The notes under the pieces: generated by a model
Told to the model about the DNA's origin: nothing
Database searches by the model: none
Seen by the model: the letters and a program-made list of their open reading frames with translations, nothing else
NCBI GenBank assembly: GCA_000708835.1
Contig: DF237124.1
Location: forward strand, 96,042-160,041
Direction: 5' to 3'
DNA: 64,000 nucleotides
Source: Klebsormidium nitens
Taxonomy: Eukaryota; Plantae; Klebsormidiophyceae
Translations under genes and position numbers: made by a program
Shown here: positions 1 to 11,316 of the stretch, piece by piece
Layout: every line of letters starts with the position of its first letter
How positions within the stretch are numbered: position 1 is the stretch's first letter

Positions 1-148
1 GAAGTACGGCGTAGTTCGCTAGCTGCAGACGGAAGTTACTTCGAACTCAACACGAGATATGAGTATTTCAAAAGCTTTTGCCACGATAACAATGAGCAAC
101 CCGCACCGAAAACCCCGCTTGACTGCTTTTTTTCCCTTCCCCCTGCAG

Positions 149-3100
149 CTGTGGGCCGGCCGCAGGCTGTCCTCGGCGAAGAGGAGCTGCGCAACAAGGA
201 GAAGGCCCGCCAGGGCGTCGACCACAAGGGCGACGTCGAGATGACGTCATCCATTGCGCCCGCCGGTGGCGAGGTGGCCGGCGCTTCCGCCGCCGCCGAC
301 CTTGAGTGGGGCCCCCGGGAGCTGCGCCAGGCCCCATCGATGTCCCCGGTAGACGAGGATGGTGCTGACGTCAGCGCAAATGGCGCTGACGTCATCACGA
401 ACGGTGCTGGCGTCAGCACAAGCGCAACGGGAAATGGTGCCGCCGAGGGGAGCGGGATCCGAGGCGGGGCCGCCCGGATTGGGCGCAAGATCGACCTTTC
501 GAACAGCACGATTCAAAAGTTCCAAAACGCGGGAGCCGCAATACCGACGACGGGGATGATTTTGCCGTTTGAGCCCATGGCGATGACGTTCCACAACGTC
601 AACTACTACGTAGATATGCCCAAGGTGAGATTTGTGAGTTGTGGTTTCCAAGTTTGTTGTATGAAATGGATGAGCGGAAAATGGAGAAAGCATGCGTGTC
701 TGGAAGTGAAGAAGAACTTCGCATCGCTCGTCTCTGAAGTTGAATATGGGCCTTGCAAGAAGTGGGCTATACTTGGATGAAGACGAATCTGTAAAAAAGG
801 AGGGTCGTTTTGCAGTTGTGGGATGCGATGAGGCAACTTCTTCCTACTTCAATGGGGCCTGGCGACAATGCCATCTTTTGGTCAGGGTATGCTGCTTCGT
901 ACTTGCCTGTTGGTCGCATGCACGAATCCTCAGCAAAGGCAAGTTTACGAAGTCAGGACTCATCGGTTCCAGAGCAACTTGGCTGTTCTAAGTTGACACT
1001 GTTTTACTGAGGTGCAGAACGTCCTGGACGAGCACGGCAAGCCACGTGGCGGCCGCCTGCAGCTGCTCCGCAACGTGAGCGGGGCGTTCCGGCCGGGCGT
1101 GCTGACGGCCCTCATCGGAGTCACGGGGGCGGGGAAGACGACGCTGCTGGACGTGCTGGCGGGCAGGAAAACAGGTGGGTGGGCGGCGCCTCTCTGATCC
1201 GTTACTTTGTAGGACTTTCCGTTCTAGTAGTCGGTTCGACGAAGTTTGGATGGTCACAAAGCTCTCTCTGAGTCCCTAGTGATAACTCTTGGTTGAGAGA
1301 TTCGGCTGCTGGGTTATTCTCAATGATAAGTGCCCTGCAAGCCCCGGTGCACAGAAGGAGAAGGAATAAAAGCATTCTTGTGAGGTGACGCTTACAAAGT
1401 CGCTTTCAGTGACGCTTCCAGTCTGCTACGCGAAGTATCTCAAGAGAGAAACACTTTTTGCAAACGAGAGAGGCACGCTTTTTCTTGCTCAATTCTCGGC
1501 GGACACTAACTGCAGCATGTTCGAGATTTTTCCGAATAACAGCAAATGTTCATGCTCGTCCTTTCTGCTCTCCACCCCGTTACTAATTGACAGCACTTGT
1601 TTCGCCCCTCGCACTTCTCTCCTGCTTCTTCAATCGACCGCTTCTTTTGACCCCTTTTCCAGCTCCTTCCATGTCTCCAACTGACACCAACCATAAATCT
1701 CGTCGTGCCTGCTCAGGCGGCTACATCGAGGGCGAATTGCGCGTCGGCGGGCACCCCAAGGAGCAGGCCACGTTTGCGCGCATCGCTGGTTACGTGGAGC
1801 AGTTTGACATCCACTCCCCGCAGACCACCGTGCACGAGGCCCTCCAGTTCTCTGCAGCGCTGCGGCTGCCGGCCAACATCGACCCCGCCATGCGCGAAGT
1901 GAGCAAGCGTCTCCTTTCCATCATTTTTGTTCGACGCTGCGTTCGAAGCTGCGAGTGTTCGTAGGGAAGTTCTGAAGGACGAAAGGTTTTGAGTTTTATT
2001 GAGACTTCTTTCAAGGTGTTTCACAGGTGATTTATACGCTGTAGTAAGCATATTCGTAAGTCAAAGCTTCGAATTTATTAGTGCGTGCCCAGAAGCAGTT
2101 AGAAGTAGATTGGTTGACTTTCTTGGCAACGATTTGGGCAAAGGGTTCGGAATCAAGAAAACTCTCGGGACTCCGCAGGAAGCCCTTGCAGGATCTTTCA
2201 AACAGACTCCAATTTTCTTCTTCCTTACGTTCAATACCGGTGCTAGCAGCTGGCCATCATCTTGTCATTGAGATCACCAAGTGTTGCCACACACCCCGAG
2301 CCCCTGCCATATTTGCTCCCAACAGTTCCCACAACGCCATTGCCTTCGCTTCCTTTCCGGCTTCACCTTCTGGTCCCGTCCAGCCGTCCGACCTGTCGTC
2401 AACCATCCCCGCCACGCTGACGTCATCCCGCCACGTGTCGTGCAGCAATTCGTTGAGCAGGTGATGGACCTGGTGGAGCTGGCGCCTCTGCGCAACGCGC
2501 TGGTGGGCCTGCCCGGGATAAGTGGGCTCAGCGTGGAGCAGCGCAAGCGGCTCACCATCGCGGTCGAGCTGGTGGCCAACCCCTCCATCATCTTCATGGA
2601 CGAGCCGACGTCAGGTGAGGCGCAGAGAGTGACGTCACCGGTCTTTCTCGATCAACACCCAATGTGAAGTTATAGAAGTGACTGTAGCCCTGTCGTGGGG
2701 GTTTGATGGCAGCTTCGTGTGTATCTTGATGGTAGCTTCTTGTGCATCTTCCCAACAGAGTTTCGATAGAAAAGGAGAGAAGGTGGGCTAGTATGCGGCT
2801 GGTCTCTCCGTTTGATGTGAGTTGTAGGTGCAGAGCTGTGGACGAAAGGAAAGAACTTGTACGAATGATCCCGGAAAGGGAAACATATTTTGGAAGGCGG
2901 AAGGACGGAGAAGGGAAGACAGCTTAAGCAACTTGGAACACATAGCCATAGTTGAGCAGAATTATGCTGACCGATGCCGCCCCAACGTAATCCACCGGGC
3001 CCATTTTCTCCGATGGATCGCATTCAAAACCGCCGATCCCGTCTGTTGCCAGGCTTAGACACGCACGGGGTGCGCAACGTAGCACCAAAACACCACGGCT

Positions 3101-6100
3101 TTGACCATCGACGTGTCAGGAGCAAAATTTTGAAGCATCGAAACCTGTTCTGTCAGACCTGGACGCGCGCGCGGCGGCGATAGTGATGCGCGCGGTGCGC
3201 AACGTGGCTCCTAAAACGCCAGCTACAATTCTTTCCATATTCCTCTCAGGAACAATAGCATAACTTCAAACAAAATCCTGTTCTGTCAGGCCTGGACGCA
3301 CGCGCTGCCGCGATCGTGATGCGCGCGGTGCGCAACGTGGTGGACACGGGCCGCACGGTGGTGTGCACCATCCACCAGCCAAGCATCGACATCTTCGAGG
3401 CGTTCGACGAGCTGCTGCTTATGAAGCGCGGCGGGCAGGTCGTCTACGCGGGGCCGCTCGGGGACCACTCGCTGCGCCTCATCGAGTACTTCCAGGTGGG
3501 CGCCTGACATTTGCCACTTGTCTGAGACCGTGGAATTCCTAGGAAGCTGTCTTGCTTGAGATTCGTGTTTCGTGCTTAACTTTCAAATATCTGAACGAGA
3601 AGATTTTTTTGTTATCTTCGAAAGTCGCCGCGCCTCATCAAAGATCCTGAGGTGGGCTCCCGTTTTTACTCTGGAAGGTTGCAATCCATCTGTTGTCGTC
3701 GTTGGTTGGTCATATTCATGATCCGGTATCTTAACGGGAGCTGCTGGTCCTGTACTGTGGGCATGTTCTTTAAGCAAGCTTCAGTCACGTGTCCCTCTCT
3801 TTCCATAGTGCTGCTTCCAGCCGTTCATAATCCACAGAAGGACACACAAGGACGACGGTAGTGTTTGGATGTTACCCCTGAAAAAGTGAGCCCGCAGTGC
3901 ATTGTCGCAAACCAATCCGCCTGTGCTTATTAGCCGTTTCTTACCCGCAGGCCATCGAGGGTGTGCCCAAGATCAAGGACCGCTACAACCCCGCCACGTG
4001 GATGCTCGAGATCACGACACCTGGCGCCGAACAGCGCCTCGGCCGCGACTTCGCCGACATCTACCACAGCAGCGGGCTCTTCAAGCAGCAAGAAGCGCTC
4101 ATCGCGGAGCTCGAGAAGCCGCCAGCTGGCACCTCGCCATTGGCGTTCGACACGGTGTACGCGCGCAGTTTCTTCGACCAGTTCCGGGTGTGCTTCTGGA
4201 AGAACAACTGGACGTACTGGCGCAGCCCGCAGTACAACACGGTGCGCTTCTTCTTCACGGTCGTCGTCGCGCTGCTCTTCGGGACCATCTTCTGGAACAA
4301 GGGCACCAAGAGGTGAGCGGGTCAGAAACAGGACGTGTCAACTTTGAACCAAACGGTTTGGACGTTTTTCCAGGTGTTTTTTTTGGTAGCGTTTTCAAGG
4401 TGTTTTTGTTGTAGCTTTCCAAGGTGTTCTGTTGAAGCGTTTCAAGCTTTTTTGTTGTAGCCTTTCAAGGCGTTCGTGGTAGCGTCTCAAGATGTTCTCT
4501 TAAGTGTTGTTTATCTGGATTGGATCGGAAGTCAAAGGATGAAGAGACATGAAGGAATTAGGACAGAGCATGACGGTTCTCTGGCACTTGGCTATTGCTG
4601 CGACTCGTACGCTTGCTAATCATCTCTCTAGAATTCAACCGATATCGTGCTTCGGAATCAACCAAGAACCGGATACTGCGCGCCCTGTGGGGAGGCCAGC
4701 TTGCTGAAGCGATCGTCGTCGCGCCGTTCTCGCAGGGGGAGCCAGCAGGACATTTTCAACGTGATGGGCGCCCTTTACGCGACGGTGCTGTTCCTGGGCT
4801 TCAACAACGCGTCCACCGTGCAGCCGGTCGTGGCCGTCGAGCGCTCCGTCTTCTACCGCGAGAAGGCCGCCGGGCTTTACCACCCGCTGCCGTTCGCCGC
4901 CGCGCAGGTGAGTGCGCGCGCCTAGTTGCGCGGTTGATTGCTTATTGTGTACGGGAAGCGTTCCATCGTAGACAGGGTGTGCGATACTCAGCTGGCTCGA
5001 AGAATCTGACAGTCGGGACTCAGAAGCGTTTGATTACGCATGGCTTCTTGTGCTTCAATTTTTGTGTGATTCGTAACAAGCTCAAAGGCCGCCGAGTGAA
5101 GTATGTGAAAGTATTTCTGTAGAAAAGCCCAGAGATTCTGGGCAAAGGAAAGCAAGTAGCAGAGCTGGAAGCCAAGAGTTCCTTTCTTCTTCAGTGCGGA
5201 GTGGGCTTTTGTGACATTCCTGCTTGTGGACAGGTCCTGATATACACCCTCAACGACGCTGTGGCGAGGAAGCCCACAAGCATTCCATTTGTATACATCA
5301 CTCATTTACTGACCCCGTGCTGGAGTTTAGGGTTTCAGCATACTCTAGTTGCGCTTGACACCAGTTTTTTCACGCAGGGCCTGGTGGAGCTGCCGTACCT
5401 GCTGGTGCAGGCGGCGGTGTACAGCATCATCACGTACAGCATGATCCAGTTCGAGTGGCAGGCCGGCAAGTTCTTCTGGTTCCTGCTCTTCATGTGGCTC
5501 ACGCAGTGCTTCTTCACCTTCTACGGTGAGCCGCCACACGAACCCTTTGTTCCGTTTCTATTCTGTCTGATTTCAATGTCTGCTGCCTGGGCAATTGTTT
5601 GTTGGCATGCGCGAGTCGGTCTATCTTTGGTCGCCCGCGCGCGGTTTGCCGACAGAGCGTGAGGAAGCAAACAAGCTTGCAAGTGCTCTTCCCAAACAAC
5701 ATCTAGTCCAGTCGATGCCGTCACTTTAACGCTAGCCATCGCACCTGTCACAGCTCCCCAATGTCTTCCAAAGATAGCTCTCAGCCCGTTGGGCTCACAA
5801 GTAGCTGCTGATGTCGGTCTATCCTGCCACTGACATCATCATCCGCTCACCGGCAGGCATCATGGCGGTGGCCATCACTCCGTCGCAGCAGCTGGCGGCC
5901 GTCATCAGCAGCGCCTTCTACAGCATCTGGAACCTCTTCTCCGGCTTCCTCATCCCGCGCCCCGTAAGTCACGTTTTCGAAATGCAATCCAGACCCTCGA
6001 ACTGCACACATAGTGCAGCTGGTTAAAGTATTAGCTGCTTCTTTGCAGCAGCGGAAGAGTCTGTCTTTTCATCTTTTCGCTGGTCGGTGCTGGTGGACCG

Positions 6101-6577
6101 TTCGCTTCTCTCCGCTGTGCGATGACCGGCCTCCCTCAATAACCCTTTGGGATAGTAGCCCAAGTACTTCTTCCCGCTGAATCCACGCTTCCCTTCTCCG
6201 ACCTTTGCCACATGCTGTAAAGCAGAGACTGGGTCTCAGCGTCCCCCGCCTAAAAAGTCGTTACATTTCGCAGCTGCTGATCCACTTTTTTCCCCTCGCC
6301 CCTGCAGCAAATCCCGGGCTGGTGGATCTGGTACTACTACCTCAACCCGATGGCGTGGACCTTGTACGGCCTCATCTCGTCACAGCTGGGCGACGTGTCC
6401 GAAGAGTTTACGCAGGAAGACGGGAGCCGGATCGCCGTGTCTGCGTATATCAAGCGTCATTTTGGGTACCACCACAATCAGTTGGGACTGTGCGTCGGCG
6501 CAATGATCTGCTTTGTGGTCCTCTTCTGGGCGGTCTCTGCGACCGCGTACTGGAGGATCAACTTCCAAAAGCGGTAA
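149..6577 (+). CDS. PDR: Pleiotropic drug resistance (full-size ABCG/PDR) transporter, C-terminal half (NBD2 + TMD2); 5' part lies upstream of the window
   Basis: Exons 149-624, 1018(or 1012)-1174, 1717-1898, 2446-2614, 3290-3495, 3951-4312, 4736-4907, 5378-5525, 5857-5963, 6308-6577(TAA). All introns are GT-AG and phase-consistent. Motifs: [58 protein letters not shown] (Walker A), [76 protein letters not shown]. Confidence 0.97.
3036..3289 (+). repeat. Degenerate tandem copies of the acceptor plus first ~55 nt of the PDR exon starting at 3290 (pseudo-exons)
   Basis: 3144-3207 cctgttctgtcag|acctggacgcgcgcgcggcggcgatagtgatgcgcgcggtgcgcaacgtgg matches the true cctgttctgtcag|gcctggacgcacgcgctgccgcgatcgtgatgcgcgcggtgcgcaacgtgg. 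A more eroded copy lies at about 3040-3090 (gttgccag|gcttagac...ggtgcgcaacgtag). Confidence 0.85.
4367..4500. repeat. Intronic degenerate minisatellite, ~22-25 nt unit, 5-6 copies
   Basis: Recurring unit approximately tttcaaggtgtttttgttgtagc (e.g. ttttcaaggtgtttttgttgtagc, tttccaaggtgttctgttgaagcg, tttcaagcttttttgttgtagcc). Confidence 0.75.
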
Positions 6578-9147
6578 AGTTATCGGTAATTTCAGCAGAG
6601 GCAGTTTGCAGGAAGTATTGGGAGAGGGAACGATGGGAAGACGTCGGACGGGCGCTGCGGGGGTGTGAACGACGAGCTGTCTGGCAGTCTGGCGGACGGC
6701 CGTGCATGTCAAATTTTATATACGAGTTGTTATGTCGTGTCAAATTGAGTTTCTCGTTTTACCGAATCTCGTCAACGGAGCTGGCGTGAACGGATTGGGA
6801 TTATACGATTCTAGCTTGGGTAAAAGGTAACTGCGTCATACATAACAGCGCGCAATGCAGTACCTAATGTCTAGTAAGTAGGGGCAAAGTCCGTGTATAC
6901 AAGCTTCTTGTGGCGCACGAGCCAAGAGCCCGTGTGCTCTTTCTTTAAAAGTAGCTAGCTAGACACAATATGAAGCAATCACCTCTTCTTCCTTTCACAT
7001 CCCTGCACTTTCAGATTTCGGCGCATCACACCGCGGCCGGTGCCATGCATGCTAGTTTGCGGAATTCTTCGACATCATGGCGGCTGCATCCATGTATGTG
7101 CATGCGGCCACCCCAATTATTGCATTTTAATCAGTCTCAGTCAGACGTGTACAAATGTCGTCGGATGCCGTGCAACATTTTTAAGCGTATGAACTTACAT
7201 CTGCGCGCAAATGCATATAGAACCATGGAATGTTTGGATACTAGATTCAAATTGTGGATCCGTGACTCATACTTACGTCTGTAAAATTTGCGAATGCACA
7301 GCCTGAGTATGTGAGCCGTGTATAGTCGGATGCGCATACTCTGTCAATAGGCATGAGGCGGCGCTACTTCTGCGCGCGTGGCGCGGATGCGTCACATGCT
7401 ACCGCGAGAAAAGCTGAAGGTATAAGTCGCACGGTATAGAGTGCACACCAGATATAGCCTATACAAACCCCTCGAAGAGGGGCCTAGGCTCGAATCTGCC
7501 TGCTCCGGGCACATGTGATCCGGGGACGCACACTGAAAGTTGGTCACGGAGTCGCAGCGTACCTCTGGCCCTTTTATGGCTCTGCATGTATATCGGCTTG
7601 ACAGTATATATGGGGACTGACAAATTCTGACCTCGATTGTTTCTGTAGCGCTAGAAAAGTGGTATCCATGCATGCCACACCAGACATGCTGACAGGAATG
7701 GAAGGAGTCGTCCAACGGACTAGAAAGCACGCGGTCGCTACAGTAGCTGAACTTACGGGAGATACTGATTCAGTCACACGCTCAACCAACTCGTTGACTA
7801 GAACAAGACTGTATGAACCGGTGCTGGAGAATGTTGACACTGCAGGTCCTTAGTCGCCTGTACGTTCAGTCTCGTGACTCTGTGACCCTTCTGTATGCTC
7901 GTGACCTAATAATGGTTCAGGGGATGATCCTTTCTTGTATCTCGTACCTTACAATGGAGGGGCCTGTCGCTCAACCTCAGGATCTGGGGTGCTTGGTCTC
8001 GCATTTGGACCATCAACTCGTTCTTGGATGTTTTCCAACACCCACGTCGGCAGACCTGAGCAAGGAGGACACGTATTTAGAACAGCACGAGTCAGGTAGG
8101 TCGGAGCGAGGCGTTTGGTCAGTAGATGTTGGGACTCGGGGATTCTATTGATGAGTCTAAACCTTCGGTCAAGGCAGAGTTTCGCGATCCTTGAGAGGGT
8201 ATATTGCGTACATTAGGCAACCAGCTAGTGTCTGCTCAAAACTGGCAATCAAGTGGTACCGAAGCTCCAGACTTGCGGTGTCGATGCCAACGTATCATGG
8301 ATAAGATTTGACAGTTTGTGCACTTCTATTATAGTAAGATACTCAGCCCTAACTTGCTCAGCCTACAGGGATAAGGATTACCCTGCCAATCACAGTCAAC
8401 CGTGAGTGGAGTCCCTCATCAAACGCCTGGCGAAAATTCTTGGTTCTTACACTGTTATTTGATTCAAACCCCTGCTTCAGGCCTTAATAGGATACACAAG
8501 CCTTTTCTTGGGCCTGCGCTTGCTTCAATTCAAGAATCTGAAGACTTTGCGCTTGGAAAACTGTACTTGGTCCGAAGTTCGAAACAAGAAAGCATCAAGA
8601 AAGAGATAAAGCCCACCAGCCAGTCCAATAGCATGTCTTCAACAAAATCTAGCAAGGCATCGACAGTCAAGCCTACAGGCTGCCCAATTCAGCAGGTACT
8701 TCAAGAACTGTTCCATTCTCTTCTGTTGTAGCGCGACCACTCTCCTTGACAAAATGTTCCCTGTAAAGCTCGATCAGAAAGACTTTGCATATAGTGACCG
8801 CTCATCCTCCAAAAGCCCTTCCTTCAGTACCCCCGCTTAAGCTTAATGATCATTGATGCATCAGCTTCTTATCCGAAAAAGTTATGGAAACAACAATTGG
8901 CGCAAAGGAATCATCAAGGTCGGTTCCGGGCAGAACGAAGCAGAAGGCTCGGGGATACAAATAGCCACTGACTCCTAGTCTGACTGATAGAGCAATTTGG
9001 CAAATTATCTGGTTTTGATACTACGATCTTGTCCACATCGAATCTGAGCAAAAGATTGGGGGAGCACGATGGGACTTTTGCAACACCGAGGAACATACCC
9101 CTTAGAAGGATTCGTCAGACTGGCCGTGGAAAGAAGGAAAAGGAAGA

Positions 9148-10419
9148 TCAAGTAACACGCCCTCTTAAAGGATCCGCATGACTGGCCATCGAAAGAAGGA
9201 AAGGGAAGAACAAGTAGAGGTCGAAGTGAAGGAACTCACTCCTGATCACCCCCAGCGCCGCTGCCCGCACCATCTCGTTTCGCTCGTCCAACGTGTTATC
9301 CGCCCCCCACACGTGGTTCACCGCCCGCCCGTTTGGCCCAATTTCCGTGAACGGGAACACCGCAACATTCTTTTCATACTTTGGGTACACCAACCGGTTG
9401 AACGGCGTCTGCTCCCATGCGTGCTCAAACAACGTGGGCCCGTCGTATGAGAACCAATCTTCCAACAGTTGGATGGCTTTCTTGCTCCGCCGCAGCAAGA
9501 AGGTCCCCGCACACAGAACGTCCTTTTCCTGGATCCGATCAAACGCATCCGGCTCGCCCTGAAAGCCCCCCTTCTCGTTACCATTCCTCGCCATGATCAT
9601 TTCGATCGCGTCGTCCCTCTCCTCGCCGCTGAAGAAGCTGGAGGGATCCCCCGGGACGACCAGCTGCTTCGTGCGCACATTCTCCGACTCCTTATCTTCC
9701 TTCATCACTTGCATGACCCAATCTTCAACCCGCATTTTGTGCGACTCGAGGCGCACGTACGAGTCCGAATCGATCATCATGGCCCACTTGCAGCAGCACT
9801 TGAGCTGGTCTCTCATATACGCCACCTTCAACCAAGAAGGGTGCCTATCCTTCTTGTACATGGTCGCGTTGCCGCTCGCAAAGCGGTACCCGTGCCGCAT
9901 TGCGTACATCCAATTGACAAAGCGCGAGGGGCGGTGGTACTCGATCTCGCGCCCCCACTTCTCAAACGCCCCGCTCGGGCCGTCTTTCGAGCCCTCAAAG
10001 TCATCCTCGTTCCACCCAAAGCGGTGGTCCATCATGAGAATGCACCCCGGCAGATCTGCCGTCTTCTCAGGGAGTTTATTCACACCAGCAAGCCCACCCA
10101 CAGCAGCGACTCCATTCTCACCCGCGAGCCCGTTCGCATCAGCCAGCCCCTTCCTCGGAAGCCCCAGCTCCTGGCTGCAGGAAGGCCCCGATGAGTAGAG
10201 TGTGAAAAAGAGCACGATCAGCACCCCAACGGCCAGTCCCCGGGCGATCGCAAAGAAGGCGGGCATAGACGCTCGCACCCCCATCTTGTTCTTGGCGAGG
10301 AAAAGAAACGTGGGCAGTGTCATTCGCCCAATCGGCTTGTCTTCACAAGAGCCCATGACGCCGGCCGTGCGATCCGACTCTGGGGGTGAGAAGCTGCAGC
10401 TTGTCGGAAAAGTGCTCAT
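9148..10419 (-). CDS. Putative GT34-family (galactosyl/xylosyltransferase, GMA12/MNN10-like) type II membrane glycosyltransferase; essentially one long exon, 3' end uncertain
   Basis: 423-aa ORF with an N-terminal TM segment (GLAVGVLIVLFFTLY). GT34-like motifs: NWMYAMRHGY, RHPSWLKV, WAMMIDSDSYV (DxD), LCAGTFLLRRSK..LLEDW, WEQTPFN. A possible donor (GTGAGT near 9239) may replace the hydrophobic tail. The start codon could be a downstream ATG. Confidence 0.7.
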   Translation of the reverse strand: MSTFPTSCSFSPPESDRTAGVMGSCEDKPIGRMTLPTFLFLAKNKMGVRASMPAFFAIARGLAVGVLIVLFFTLYSSGPSCSQELGLPRKGLADANGLAGENGVAAVGGLAGVNKLPEKTADLPGCILMMDHRFGWNEDDFEGSKDGPSGAFEKWGREIEYHRPSRFVNWMYAMRHGYRFASGNATMYKKDRHPSWLKVAYMRDQLKCCCKWAMMIDSDSYVRLESHKMRVEDWVMQVMKEDKESENVRTKQLVVPGDPSSFFSGEERDDAIEMIMARNGNEKGGFQGEPDAFDRIQEKDVLCAGTFLLRRSKKAIQLLEDWFSYDGPTLFEHAWEQTPFNRLVYPKYEKNVAVFPFTEIGPNGRAVNHVWGADNTLDERNEMVRAAALGVIRSEFLHFDLYLFFPFLLSMASHADPLRGRVT

Positions 10420-11316
10420 GTTGGCTCAGTTAGGCTGCTCATGGATTCGCCGCTCGCTTGCCGGTTTCCACGCGTCTGATCAGCTGCGTACAGTGATGCG
10501 CCACCGCTGAGGGGAATGCACGCAGCGCACGTGAGAACTTTAGACAGTTGATTGGAAGGGAAACAGCGTATGTATGTGGCAACGCTGGCGCTCTTCCTTT
10601 TGCTGCTGAATTGCGAGCTGCCCTTTGCAAGCTCTCCAAATGGGAATGCCGAATTCCAGAACAATTTGTTTAGAAGCCTATGGTGCCCCATGATCCAACT
10701 CTGCTCGGTCCTCAGCCAAGACCTAAGCTTTCGGAGCAGAAACAGTGAGGAAGCCATTGGATTTCTGGCAGCAGGACGCGCCATCCTCGCAAGGTTGGTA
10801 CTGCACAAGTCACAAGTGCGCAGCAAGACTGGGGAGAATCACGGTCAACTCTGCCCGCGTAAAGTGCGCTTCGGCCGAACCGGGCTGCCAGTGCAGGTTC
10901 TAGCCGCCCAATGTTGCGATTGTGTGCACTTCGGACGGCTGCGATTTTATTCTGACCATTTTGTTTTCTGCCGGGGGCCGCAGCGACATCTTCGCGATGT
11001 GACTGCGAGATTTACGCGTTGTCAACTTTGATAAGTGACGCTTCAGAGTCAAGGATCTATTGCTAGTGCAGACTGCGAGCTGGCACAGCAAGCTCAGATA
11101 CACGTGGCAGCATGTGGAAGCTTTGCAAGTGGCATGTGACCTGCGAGGGATACTAGATAACCTAGGTGGCCCGTCGCTGCGAGCGCGCGCGTGTCATCAA
11201 GCTGTAGGAACGGCACCGTCAGTCTGTGCAGGGTGCGATCTGTCACAGCGACTTTGTCTAGCATTTCACTAATTAAGAATCAGATTGTAAGAAGTTGGAT
11301 TTGTTCCATCAAGTTC

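Noticed and set aside
1012-1018. Two in-phase acceptors 6 nt apart in the PDR gene
   Set aside because: They cannot be resolved without transcripts and differ by only two residues, so this is not treated as a finding.
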